Shown: in pieces, positions 1 to 7,342 of the stretch | Layout of the letters: the number at the start of each line of letters is the position of its first letter | Position numbering within the stretch: position 1 is the stretch's first letter | Virus genome (UHGV): UHGV-1351982 | Source: a virus | Length of the DNA stretch: 64,000 bases | Strand: one strand, 5' to 3' | Translations under genes and position numbers: made by a program | Notes under the pieces: model-generated | The model's database searches: none | What the model was told of the DNA's origin: nothing | The model's input: only the letters and a program-made list of their open reading frames with translations

Positions 1-68
1 GTCACTCAGAATTGAACTGAGTTCCACTGCTTGCAAGGCAGTAAGTTTAACCAAATAACCTATGACCC
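1..68 (-). tRNA. tRNA, 3' end truncated by window start; anticodon not securely resolved
   Basis: Reverse complement shows T-arm ctcag-ttcaatt-ctgag, anticodon-arm-like hairpin actgc/gcagt, acceptor gggtcat pairing with the window edge. Confidence 0.4.
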
Positions 69-77
69 CGAATTTGG

Positions 78-152
78 TGGAGAAAGAGGGAGTTGAACCC
101 TCGTCTTCTGCGTGCAAAGCAGATGTTCTACCATTAAACTATATCCCCAAAA
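78..152 (-). tRNA. tRNA-Ala (anticodon UGC)
   Basis: Cloverleaf on reverse complement: acceptor ggggata with G3:U70, anticodon stem tctgc/gcaga, loop tttgcac, T-arm gaggg-ttcaact-ccctc, CCA encoded. Confidence 0.6.
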
Positions 153-410
153 TCTTTAAGTTTACTAAGGCTATTAGCTCGGTGTGCGTAATACCCTCGG
201 CAATTAGCCATGCGAGGATACCCGCTCTCCACAAACCCGATACACTATTCAGTTGCCGCTGAATCTAGTGGACTAATCTAGAACTTCTTGCAAAGTATCC
301 CCCGCCATTAGGGGTCTAATTGCAACCGTGCTTTTTGGCAGCCAGTCCTAGGTCGAGCTAATACCTTAGTGAACTTTGATGAGGATTTCTCCTCATCAAT
401 TTATATAAAT

Positions 411-440
411 ATTATAACAAGAAATTAAGCATCAAGCAAG
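411..440 (-). promoter_or_regulatory. sigma70-like early promoter (TTGCTT, spacer, TATAAT) feeding the tRNA/ncRNA block at 1-400
   Basis: Minus-strand reading gives ttgctt ... gttataat followed by the conserved leader ttatataaattgatgaggag; no ORF follows, only RNA genes. Confidence 0.5.
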
Positions 441-791
441 TACATTTTTGCAGATTTCTTGTATTTCCTTAACGTCACTAACGAAAAGGTAATCAGAGCT
501 TCCAGAGTGCATACTCTGCATAACCACACCACCATCCGGTGCATCATCTTTCAGAGTAATTCCTAACCAGAACTCGGCAAAACTAGGTGTTACCTCACCT
601 TGACTTGCCTTGAACACATCGCCTTCTGTGATCTCTTGACCAGTAGAGAGTCCTATGTACGGTACATTCAGATCAATATCTTTGTAGAATTCAGCTAGAT
701 CTTGTTCGAAGTCCCAACCTTTAGAGATAGCGAACTCCATTGTTACATGCCCGAAATAGCCTTGAACCTTGCTTGATAATTGCATTTGCAA
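432..791 (-). CDS. hypothetical protein (119 aa)
   Basis: ORF with AAGGA RBS 6 nt upstream of the ATG; no recognisable motif. Confidence 0.55.
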   Translation of the reverse strand: MQMQLSSKVQGYFGHVTMEFAISKGWDFEQDLAEFYKDIDLNVPYIGLSTGQEITEGDVFKASQGEVTPSFAEFWLGITLKDDAPDGGVVMQSMHSGSSDYLFVSDVKEIQEICKNVLA

Positions 792-810
792 TTCCTTATT
801 TTGAGTTAAT

Positions 811-884
811 TGGTACTCGGTGATAGAATCGAACTATCGCAACCGCCGTGTAAAGACGGGGTTCTCCCATTAAACTAACCGAGC
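811..884 (-). tRNA. tRNA-Val (anticodon UAC)
   Basis: Acceptor gctcggt/accgagt, anticodon stem ccgtc/ggcgg, loop tttacac, T-arm gatag-ttcgatt-ctatc, CCA encoded. Confidence 0.6.
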
Positions 885-1017
885 AAAAGACTTCCTATGA
901 TGTAGGCTTCAAACAGAAACTCACATAATCCCGCTAAGAACATTCCAATAGTAAAATCAGCAGAAAATACGTTGTACTGCTTGACTTTTTGTTTCATTAA
1001 GTAAAACCAGATTATCA

Positions 1018-1335
1018 TCAAAATCTCTCCATTCTAAAACCAATGAAGTAAGGAGCGTTACAGGGAACATGTTTAAGATCTTTAAGAGTAATTTTACGTC
1101 CTAAACGTCGTTCCATACAAGTAAAACATAGAACAATATCTTTGGATTGTTCTTTTCTTATCTGATCCCAGACCCAATCTTCAACCACACACATTTCATG
1201 GTATTGTTCACAGTCTCGACAATAATGACATTGATGTTCTGGTACTTTTTGATTTTTAATACATAATTCAGTGAAGCGTTTTCCAGCTCTACCAGACATT
1301 TCTGATATTGTTCCTAGAACTTTGTTAATATTCAT
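1018..1335 (-). CDS. hypothetical Cys/His-rich protein (possible zinc-binding), 105 aa
   Basis: ORF; CxxC and HxxC clusters (HQCHYCRDCEQYHEMC, CFTCMERR). Confidence 0.5.
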   Translation of the reverse strand: MNINKVLGTISEMSGRAGKRFTELCIKNQKVPEHQCHYCRDCEQYHEMCVVEDWVWDQIRKEQSKDIVLCFTCMERRLGRKITLKDLKHVPCNAPYFIGFRMERF

Positions 1336-1352
1336 AACAAATTCCTTTAAAT

Positions 1353-1430
1353 TGGTTGACCGTCTGGGATTCGAACCCAGAACCTACGAGGTAAAAGCTC
1401 GGTACTCTTATCCAGTTGAGTTAACGGTCA
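1353..1430 (-). tRNA. tRNA-Lys (anticodon UUU)
   Basis: Acceptor tgaccgt/acggtca, anticodon loop cttttac, T-arm ctggg-ttcgaat-cccag, CCA encoded. Confidence 0.55.
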
Positions 1431-1432
1431 AT

Positions 1433-1597
1433 TTAATACATGTATACTTCTTTAATAGAGTGGACTTTCAAGTAAGGATGATTAATACCAAATTCCGCCA
1501 TCACTTCATTTTCATCTTTACCGTAATGGGCTAGTGGATACTTCTTACGATCTTTGCTAGAACGTAGATCACTTACTTTTAAACGAAATAATTTCAT
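1433..1597 (-). CDS. small hypothetical protein (about 54 aa) between two tRNA genes
   Basis: ATG preceded by GAAGGA RBS; below the ORF-track length cutoff. Confidence 0.3.
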   Translation of the reverse strand: MKLFRLKVSDLRSSKDRKKYPLAHYGKDENEVMAEFGINHPYLKVHSIKEVYMY

Positions 1598-1618
1598 TTC
1601 GAAATCCTTCTATTAAAT

Positions 1619-1696
1619 TGGAAGCGGGTGTAGGAATCGAACCTACCTCTTTCTAGCTTATGAAACTAGCGATCTCTACCAGAGATCTAACCCGCA
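1619..1696 (-). tRNA. tRNA with CAU anticodon (Met or Ile-lysidine)
   Basis: Anticodon stem ctagt/gctag, loop ttcataa, T-arm gtagg-ttcgatt-cctac, acceptor gcgggt/acccgc; possible 1:72 mismatch. Confidence 0.5.
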
Positions 1697-1702
1697 ATTG
1701 TT

Positions 1703-1778
1703 TGGTCTCCGTGGGAGGATTTGAACCCCCGACCCTACCGCCCCAAACGGTGTACTCTAGCCAATTGAGCTAATCGGA
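1703..1778 (-). tRNA. tRNA-Pro (anticodon UGG), tentative
   Basis: Anticodon loop tttgggg on accg/cggt stem, T-arm ggggg-ttcaaat-cctcc, acceptor tctccg/cggaga. Confidence 0.45.
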
Positions 1779-1811
1779 GAATATTCTTTGTTAACTCACT
1801 TTATAAAATAT

Positions 1812-1840
1812 ATTATACAGACATTTAAGTATAATAGCAA
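1812..1840 (-). promoter_or_regulatory. sigma70-like early promoter for the tRNA block at 1353-1778
   Basis: Minus strand: ttgcta, 17 nt, tataat. Confidence 0.5.
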
Positions 1841-2099
1841 ATGAGTTTTTAATAAATTTACTTATTGCGTAGGCCACCTGGAGGGTTCAAGCCCCACGGC
1901 TGACAAAGAAGTTTGCGAGACTTCTCTTAAATGCCAGAATAGACCCGCCGATCTATCGGAACCTACTCAATAAGTAAACTTCCGTTTACTTACACCTACC
2001 TGGTCGGGAGGATTTTCAGCGACTAGAACCGGCCGGAAACTCATCGCCTTGTTTATCTTGTAGTCCCACCATAGGTGACGCGACCTACAAAGATTTGGT

Positions 2100-2474
2100 T
2101 TATTCTTTTAAATAGTGAAGTTCTCTATGACAATTAGCGCAGAGTATAATACACTTTTGCAATTCAGTATGTAATTTAGCTCTAGAAATATTTGAAGACC
2201 TAAATACGCTTATATTATAATCTTTTGAGTCACTTTCTACGTGATGAAATTCTAATGCAGCTTTGCATTTATCATATCCGCATTTAGAACATTTTAATTC
2301 AGGGAAATATAAAGATATTATATCATCTACTGATTGTCTACGCTTGTTATTTTCACTTATCTTACACGTGGGTTTCCATTTCTGTTTTCCTGAAGGATGC
2401 AGTCCATTAGTGTAAAAATACTCTGTTGTCAGTGGATGTTCAACTCCACAACTTTTACAAAACTTATATTCCAT
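2100..2474 (-). CDS. HNH endonuclease (likely homing endonuclease) within the tRNA cluster
   Basis: Zinc-ribbon CxxC pairs plus HNH core (EFHHVESD ... CANCHRELH) in the translation. Confidence 0.65.
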   Translation of the reverse strand: MEYKFCKSCGVEHPLTTEYFYTNGLHPSGKQKWKPTCKISENNKRRQSVDDIISLYFPELKCSKCGYDKCKAALEFHHVESDSKDYNISVFRSSNISRAKLHTELQKCIILCANCHRELHYLKE

Positions 2475-2490
2475 TATAATACCTTAGATT

Positions 2491-2616
2491 TGGCGTTCTA
2501 GGGAGGACTTGAACCTCCTATCACTTGTGCGGAATTACGAGCAAACCATTTATCTACGGAATCGAACCGTATCTCAACCCTCGGCAAGCTGGCTTCCCCA
2601 CTCAGCCACGCTAGAA
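2491..2616 (-). tRNA. atypical tRNA-like element of about 126 nt with two T-arm-like hairpins; may be one unusual RNA or two overlapping degenerate tRNAs
   Basis: 3' end has T-arm ggagg-ttcaagt-cctcc, acceptor ctagaac and CCA; the complementary acceptor strand ttctag lies about 120 nt upstream; a second hairpin tacgg-ttcgatt-ccgta sits inside. Confidence 0.3.
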
Positions 2617-2699
2617 TGATAATTAGTGCCTGCTCCTTTGAATCAAGAAGTCCACCCTGGACTTTGGGTCTTTGCAGTACATCACGCTGCTCTGATGTT

Positions 2700-2775
2700 T
2701 GGTACACCCACTAGGACTTGAACCTAGAACCCTCCGCTTAAGAGGCGGTAGCTCTAACCATTGAGCTATGGATGT
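2700..2775 (-). tRNA. tRNA with apparent CUU anticodon (Lys), tentative
   Basis: 76-nt cloverleaf: acceptor acatcca/tgggtgt, D-stem gctc/gagc, anticodon loop ctcttaa, T-arm ctagg-ttcaagt-cctag, CCA. Confidence 0.5.
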
Positions 2776-2851
2776 ATTATTATGTTTTGCAGTGCTCTAA
2801 ATATAGACACTTCCCACGCGGTGGTTATCTATACCAGCGTCCTGCAAAAAT

Positions 2852-2928
2852 TGGCGCGACCGATGGGATTCGAACCCACATTTTCTCCCGTGACAGGGGA
2901 GTACCATTACCAAGCCAGCCCCGATCGC
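2852..2928 (-). tRNA. tRNA-Asp (anticodon GUC)
   Basis: Acceptor gcgatcg/cggtcgc, anticodon stem ctccc/gggag, loop ctgtcac, T-arm gtggg-ttcgaat-cccat, CCA. Confidence 0.6.
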
Positions 2929-2937
2929 ATAATTTAT

Positions 2938-3123
2938 TTACTCAGTTTTGAGTTTTTCGATAGCTTCCTCAACCTCTTTTAGAGCTTCACGACGGACATT
3001 CTGTTGCTGCATATCTTGAATTAATGTCAGTTTTTGGTTTTCAATTTCTTGATCCCAAACCTTAATATTATTAATCAGACTATCACGATCAGCTTCTAGT
3101 CGAGCAATTGCACGAGTTGTCAT
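2938..3123 (-). CDS. hypothetical coiled-coil protein (61 aa)
   Basis: ORF only; charged, helical-looking sequence. Confidence 0.4.
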   Translation of the reverse strand: MTTRAIARLEADRDSLINNIKVWDQEIENQKLTLIQDMQQQNVRREALKEVEEAIEKLKTE

Positions 3124-3225
3124 ATCTATTTCCTCAGTTATTAATGAAAATGGTATCTGTGACTGAATTCAATATCAGTAATGATAGCTGGTTGGCTACC
3201 GGTTTACTTAACTCTACACAGAATA

Positions 3226-3312
3226 TGGCGGGCCGTGTAGGAGTCGAACCTACTTTATCCTTGCGGATACGGATTAACAGTCCGGCGCTTAAACCGTTCA
3301 GCCAACGACCCT
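3226..3312 (-). tRNA. type II (long variable arm) tRNA with apparent GUU anticodon; identity uncertain
   Basis: 87 nt: acceptor gggtcgt/acggccc, 3-bp D-stem, anticodon loop ctgttaa, variable hairpin tatcc-gcaa-ggata, T-arm gtagg-ttcgact-cctac, CCA. Confidence 0.45.
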
Positions 3313-3317
3313 AAATT

Positions 3318-3393
3318 TGGACGACCGCATGAGATTCGAACTCACATAAGGAGGTTTTGCAGGCCTCCGCCTAAGCCATTCAGCCAACGGTCG
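3318..3393 (-). tRNA. tRNA-Cys (anticodon GCA)
   Basis: Acceptor cgaccgt/gcggtcg, anticodon stem ggagg/cctcc, loop ctgcaaa, T-arm gtgag-ttcgaat-ctcat, CCA. Confidence 0.55.
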
Positions 3394-3571
3394 ATTTATC
3401 TTGTTTTTCGAGATTAGTAAATTCTAGGTCTTTGGAATGCCCTATAGATCTAGCATAATAACCATCTCCAGCATCGTAGCCTGATTTACCACACTCACAC
3501 ATCTTAAACTCCCGATAACGAGTGAATGTATGCTCAGAACCACAACACTTAAATTTAACTAACATTTTCAT
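3380..3571 (-). CDS. small zinc-ribbon-like protein (63 aa)
   Basis: ORF with CCGSEH ... CECGKSG cysteine pairs. Confidence 0.45.
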   Translation of the reverse strand: MKMLVKFKCCGSEHTFTRYREFKMCECGKSGYDAGDGYYARSIGHSKDLEFTNLEKQDKSTVG

Positions 3572-3810
3572 GAAACACGCTCCGGTAGATCTTCTAATTT
3601 ATATTCAGTAGCTACATTAGCAGCGTCTAGTAATAAACCCATATGTTTAAGGATTTTAGTAATAGATTCGCCTTCAGCTTCTTCTACAAAGGTGCGTAGT
3701 TGAATGAAGTCAATACCACCATCCATACCAGAGAAAATGTTTAGTAAGCGAAGCATTACCAGCTTACGTTCTTTTAATTCTTGTTCTGTCATGTTGCTTC
3801 TCCAGTTCAA
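3568..3810 (-). CDS. hypothetical protein (80 aa)
   Basis: ORF, start/stop overlap with the downstream gene. Confidence 0.5.
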   Translation of the reverse strand: MNWRSNMTEQELKERKLVMLRLLNIFSGMDGGIDFIQLRTFVEEAEGESITKILKHMGLLLDAANVATEYKLEDLPERVS

Positions 3811-3842
3811 TTTATGTAATAATTATACGGAACTTTAAGGAT

Positions 3843-4130
3843 TTAAGCAACTACATTTTTCAGAAATTTGATGCCTTTCTTTTTCTTCTTATATTTCCAC
3901 GTTAATGGATTCTGTCGATTATGAACGCTTGAGATCTTTGTCTCGTCAAAGTTCTTCAAGACCATGTAATCACATGCCAACTGCTCTAGTGGAATGGTTT
4001 CTCCATCAAAAGCATAAACATAAGGCTGTTGACTAACACGATAATGATAGACTTTGTTAATTCTACGTTTCAGCGACTTATCCGCGCAGTAAATAAAGAA
4101 GTTTTCAGGATGCATCAGCATCTCCTTCAA
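3843..4130 (-). CDS. hypothetical protein (95 aa)
   Basis: ORF. Confidence 0.5.
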   Translation of the reverse strand: MKEMLMHPENFFIYCADKSLKRRINKVYHYRVSQQPYVYAFDGETIPLEQLACDYMVLKNFDETKISSVHNRQNPLTWKYKKKKKGIKFLKNVVA

Positions 4131-4132
4131 AT

Positions 4133-4207
4133 TGGTGCAACCTGTACGTAACGATCGTACCTCTTCTCCTTTTCAGGGAGACGCTAATCCATCTCAGCTA
4201 AAGTCGC
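4133..4207 (-). tRNA. tRNA-Phe (anticodon GAA)
   Basis: Acceptor gcgactt/aggttgc, anticodon stem tctcc/ggaga, loop ctgaaaa, T-arm gtacg-atcgtta-cgtac (non-canonical loop), CCA. Confidence 0.5.
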
Positions 4208-4213
4208 AAATAT

Positions 4214-4290
4214 TGGCAAACCTACTAGGACTCGAACCTAGACCGTACGGTTTTGGAGACCGACATGCTGTCCAGTAACACTCTAGGAAT
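4214..4290 (-). tRNA. tRNA-like, apparent CCA anticodon (Trp); acceptor stem poorly paired
   Basis: T-arm ctagg-ttcgagt-cctag and anticodon loop ctccaaa present, CCA end; only 4 of 7 acceptor pairs. Confidence 0.3.
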
Positions 4291-4298
4291 GCAGAAAT

Positions 4299-4376
4299 TG
4301 GCGTCCTGTGCGGGGATCGAACCCGCAAACCCTACCTTGAAAGGGTAGTGACTTTACCAGTTTGTCTAACAGGACT
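4299..4376 (-). tRNA. tRNA-Glu (anticodon UUC)
   Basis: Perfect acceptor gtcctgt/acaggac, anticodon stem ctacc/ggtag, loop ctttcaa, T-arm gcggg-ttcgatc-cccgc, CCA. Confidence 0.65.
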
Positions 4377-4382
4377 TAAATT

Positions 4383-4473
4383 TGGTGTTGGATGATGGAG
4401 TCGAACCACCCGAGACCCTTCCGAGTCGGCAGATTTACAGTCTGCTTCGCTACCTCTACGATACTAATCCAAC
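4383..4473 (-). tRNA. tRNA-Tyr (anticodon GUA), type II
   Basis: 91 nt; acceptor gttggat/atccaac, anticodon stem gcaga/tctgc, loop ctgtaaa, long variable arm, T-arm ggtgg-ttcgact-ccatc, CCA. Confidence 0.6.
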
Positions 4474-4537
4474 ATATTTAGAAATATTCAAATACTAGTT
4501 TAAACACTTTTAAATATGTTTTCCAAATTAGATAACT

Positions 4538-4566
4538 ATTATATCAAGTTTTGAAGGACTGAGCAA
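4538..4566 (-). promoter_or_regulatory. sigma70-like early promoter for the tRNA block at 4133-4473
   Basis: Minus strand: ttgctc, 17 nt, tataat. Confidence 0.45.
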
Positions 4567-4602
4567 GTCAAATTTTAAAGAACTTGCTCAGTGCTATATC
4601 AG

Positions 4603-4878
4603 TTACTCGAAGCTAGGAGTGACACTCAGTTTGAATGGAAGCTCGAACACTTCTTCATAATCATCATTGAGCGTAATTACACGACCTTCTAGCTTAGTTA
4701 TGGTGATTTCGATATCAGCCTTTGCATCCGGAGCCATACCAGCTTCCACACATTTAGCTTTGACTTCCGGCAGAAGTTCTACATCGTAGAAATAAAGCCA
4801 TTCAATCTCACCTTCCCAGCCACCCCAGGATTTACAAACAGCACTTTCAACACCAGTTGCAGAAACACGTTTTGACAT
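4603..4878 (-). CDS. hypothetical protein (91 aa)
   Basis: ORF downstream of promoter at 4908-4938. Confidence 0.5.
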   Translation of the reverse strand: MSKRVSATGVESAVCKSWGGWEGEIEWLYFYDVELLPEVKAKCVEAGMAPDAKADIEITITKLEGRVITLNDDYEEVFELPFKLSVTPSFE

Positions 4879-4968
4879 TCGTTAACTCCTTCATCAATTT
4901 ATATAACTATTATAGCAGAAATCTTAAGTAAAAAGCAAGTACATTTTTAAAATTTCTGCTTGGAGGAG

Positions 4969-5241
4969 TTAAACTCCTGATTCTTCAGCCAGATCAAGCC
5001 CAACCAATGTGATTGCCATAATAGCCGCGCCATGTTCTTTCTCTCCTAGCTCTTTGGCTTGAGTGAGAATATTGAGGAATTGCTTTTGAAAATCTGCAAC
5101 TTCTTCTGTCATGCCTGCTTCAGCAATAATTCCTTTCAGCATAAAGCGTTGTGCCGTAATTTCAGGATTATCCATTTGTTTTCTCCAGTTGTTTAGAGTG
5201 TAAGCCAAACTTAGGCTCATAGCGATCGTAAGTCGTACCAT
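4969..5241 (-). CDS. hypothetical protein; start uncertain (internal ATG at 5175 has a GGAG RBS)
   Basis: ORF; an alternative short upstream ORF in another frame would be translationally coupled. Confidence 0.4.
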   Translation of the reverse strand: MVRLTIAMSLSLAYTLNNWRKQMDNPEITAQRFMLKGIIAEAGMTEEVADFQKQFLNILTQAKELGEKEHGAAIMAITLVGLDLAEESGV

Positions 5242-5326
5242 TAGTTGAAGCCTTGATGCTATGAAAACGACAGTACATAAATTTACGCAGTGCTTTCTTA
5301 ATAGCTTTCATTTTATTTCCTTAATT

Positions 5327-5404
5327 TGGTAGGGGTGGTGGGATTCGAACCCACAAAACCTGAATTTTAAGTCCAGTACCTATGCCAATTCGATTACACC
5401 CCCA
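5327..5404 (-). tRNA. type I tRNA with apparent UAA anticodon (Leu-like decoding of UUA)
   Basis: Acceptor gggggtg/cacccct, anticodon stem ctgga/ttcag, loop cttaaaa, T-arm gtggg-ttcgaat-cccac, CCA. Confidence 0.5.
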
Positions 5405-5495
5405 TGTAATCAGTTTATCAGTTGATACAAGTTGTAGCCCAGTGAAAATCCTACTATTAGTCCTACAAACCAACCAATATAATAATCTTTTAATT

Positions 5496-5843
5496 TCATA
5501 GTTCGTAACCTTGAATGTATCGAGCAAAGCCAGTAATTTCGAACTGGATAGCCCAGGCTACTTCCATGTGTTCAATCTTCTCAAACCGAGCGTCGGACTG
5601 CTCTAGGAAATAACGAGAGATTATAGGGAACTCAATGTCAAAGTCTTCCTTATCCATGCCATAATAGAAGTTCTCAGAGATATTACGCACTTCACAGAAG
5701 AAGTCCTCAATCTGAAAATCCATCAGAGGATAGGTATACTCCTCTTTGCTATCATCCGTTTGGAAGAAGCGGAAATGCACAAGGCAAGAGCCAATCAGGT
5801 TTACTGCTGGTGTAGTGTAGATATCCATCTTAACCTCGCTCAA
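5496..5843 (-). CDS. hypothetical protein (115 aa)
   Basis: ORF. Confidence 0.5.
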   Translation of the reverse strand: MSEVKMDIYTTPAVNLIGSCLVHFRFFQTDDSKEEYTYPLMDFQIEDFFCEVRNISENFYYGMDKEDFDIEFPIISRYFLEQSDARFEKIEHMEVAWAIQFEITGFARYIQGYEL

Positions 5844-6015
5844 TATCTAGAGAAATACCGCATTCAGGATTAATACCAGAACCATTACAATGTGTACAAA
5901 CGTATGTATTATACCATGTATCACCAGGTTCAGCATCGTTCCATTCACCTGCTCCGAAGCATTTTGGGCAGGCACACTCTTCTAGTTCCTGCTTCAATTC
6001 CTGAAACTTAGACAT
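5830..6015 (-). CDS. small Cys-rich zinc-ribbon-like protein (61 aa)
   Basis: ORF with CACPKCFGAG ... CTHCNGSG. Confidence 0.45.
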   Translation of the reverse strand: MSKFQELKQELEECACPKCFGAGEWNDAEPGDTWYNTYVCTHCNGSGINPECGISLDIERG

Positions 6016-6032
6016 ATCGTCTCCTAGTTAAT

Positions 6033-6110
6033 TGGTGGCTCCCGGAGGATTCGAACCTACCTACCTTTCGCTTATGAGGCGACGGCTCATACCAAATGAG
6101 CTTGAGAACC
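6033..6110 (-). tRNA. tRNA with CAU anticodon (second copy; Met or Ile-lysidine)
   Basis: Acceptor ggttctc/gggagcc, anticodon loop ctcataa, T-arm gtagg-ttcgaat-cctcc, CCA. Confidence 0.5.
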
Positions 6111-6115
6111 AAATT

Positions 6116-6209
6116 TGGAGGAAGATGCCAGACTCGAACTGGCACACCGTGTTTCCACAGCTACTAGCTGTTTAGCAAACAGCTCCCTTACCTTTAGGGT
6201 TAATCTTCC
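6116..6209 (-). tRNA. tRNA-Ser (anticodon GCU), type II
   Basis: 94 nt; acceptor ggaagat/atcttcc, 3-bp D-stem, anticodon stem gctgt/acagc, loop ttgctaa, long variable arm, T-arm gccag-ttcgagt-ctggc, CCA. Confidence 0.55.
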
Positions 6210-6223
6210 GAATTTATGAATAT

Positions 6224-6252
6224 ATTATACAGAAAATTTCGGCATTAAGCAA
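6224..6252 (-). promoter_or_regulatory. sigma70-like early promoter for the tRNA block at 6033-6209
   Basis: Minus strand: ttgctt, 17 nt, tataat, leader ataaattc. Confidence 0.5.
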
Positions 6253-6260
6253 GTGAAATT

Positions 6261-6557
6261 TTACTGAACATTGCACTGATATACTTGTTTGATACGTGTC
6301 ACTGACTTCTTAGTTGGGTTGATAGAAGAACCCTGCCACCAACGTGACTCTGAGCTAAGAACAGCACCAGGAACAGCTTGTTCTTTTGGCAGAACAATAT
6401 CAAAACACTGTTCACCCATATTATCTTTAATATGTGACCAAATGTCTAGAGTAAATCGTTCTAGCTTATTACAAACTTGAACTTGACAAAGTTCCTGTTG
6501 TGGAGCAGCAAATACAGAAGTAGATACTAGAGTCAATGCAAGTACAATGCGTTTCAT
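6261..6557 (-). CDS. secreted or periplasmic hypothetical protein with signal peptide (about 99 aa)
   Basis: Start MKRIVLALTLVSTSVFA after GAGAGAGG RBS; the longer ORF-track start translates the promoter leader. Confidence 0.55.
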   Translation of the reverse strand: MKRIVLALTLVSTSVFAAPQQELCQVQVCNKLERFTLDIWSHIKDNMGEQCFDIVLPKEQAVPGAVLSSESRWWQGSSINPTKKSVTRIKQVYQCNVQ

Positions 6558-6587
6558 GTTTGATTCCTCTCTCAAATTTATAAATAT

Positions 6588-6616
6588 ATTATACAGAAAT
6601 TTTCTATATTAAGCAA
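6588..6616 (-). promoter_or_regulatory. sigma70-like early promoter
   Basis: Minus strand: ttgctt, 17 nt, tataat, then leader ataaatttgagagagg. Confidence 0.5.
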
Positions 6617-6663
6617 GTGAAAATTTCTGTATAATAGCCCTCGCTTAGAGGGCTATAACTACT

Positions 6664-7341
6664 TTATTTGTTAATGCGTACAAAGTATCCTTTATAAGTT
6701 CCAATAATAGAGTTACCTAAGAATACTAGCCACATTGCTAGGATTGCGTAAGATGCACCCGTAGATTGAGCAGTTACAAGCCAAATGTACACAGTACCAA
6801 TGTTAATAGCAATCCAAATCAGCCATTGTTCAGCATATTGTTTGACCATAAGCCACATAGCAATCACACTACCAACCGCAGTAAATGCGTCAAGCATTGG
6901 GAATGGATCAGCGGTAGTAGCAAGGAAGCTGCCATATCCTAAAGTAGCTACTGCTAGAACCCCTAGAGTCAGCAAAGCTTGAGCTTTGGTCAGAATCTTA
7001 GTTGGAACATCTGGCAGATTACTTGGCTTATTTTTATGCCATAAGTACATTCCATAAAACTGCATAGGAACGTAGTATAGCAGGTTTAGTGCAGCGTTAC
7101 CATAAAGATCTGCATTTAAAGCCGTAATACCATAGGTAAGAACACCAACTAAGCCCCAAATATAGTTGGAAACACGTCCTTTTGCAACCAGAATAACACA
7201 AACCACGTTGGTTATTGCAGTAGCCCAATCTAGAGCCGTACCATTATAGTTTGCTAAACTAATAAAGGCGACTGCTATAAACAGCCACAGATATTCCAAA
7301 GGTTTCCAGTTTTTAAAATCATTTACAAGATAGTTAGTCAT
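6664..7341 (-). CDS. pnuC: nicotinamide riboside transporter PnuC family
   Basis: About 225 aa multi-pass membrane protein with PnuC-like W/Y-rich helices (YIWGLVGV, WLIWIAINIGTVYIW); GGAGAG RBS before the MTNYL start; stop of upstream gene abuts. Confidence 0.6.
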   Translation of the reverse strand: MTNYLVNDFKNWKPLEYLWLFIAVAFISLANYNGTALDWATAITNVVCVILVAKGRVSNYIWGLVGVLTYGITALNADLYGNAALNLLYYVPMQFYGMYLWHKNKPSNLPDVPTKILTKAQALLTLGVLAVATLGYGSFLATTADPFPMLDAFTAVGSVIAMWLMVKQYAEQWLIWIAINIGTVYIWLVTAQSTGASYAILAMWLVFLGNSIIGTYKGYFVRINK

Positions 7342-7342
7342 A

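Noticed and set aside
62-262. ORF-track ORFs overlapping tRNA genes (62-262, 1271-1534, 2498-2707, 2761-2982, 3108-3314, 5321-5527)
   Set aside because: Each is superimposed on one or more convincing tRNA cloverleafs, lacks an RBS, and translates to tRNA-like low-complexity sequence
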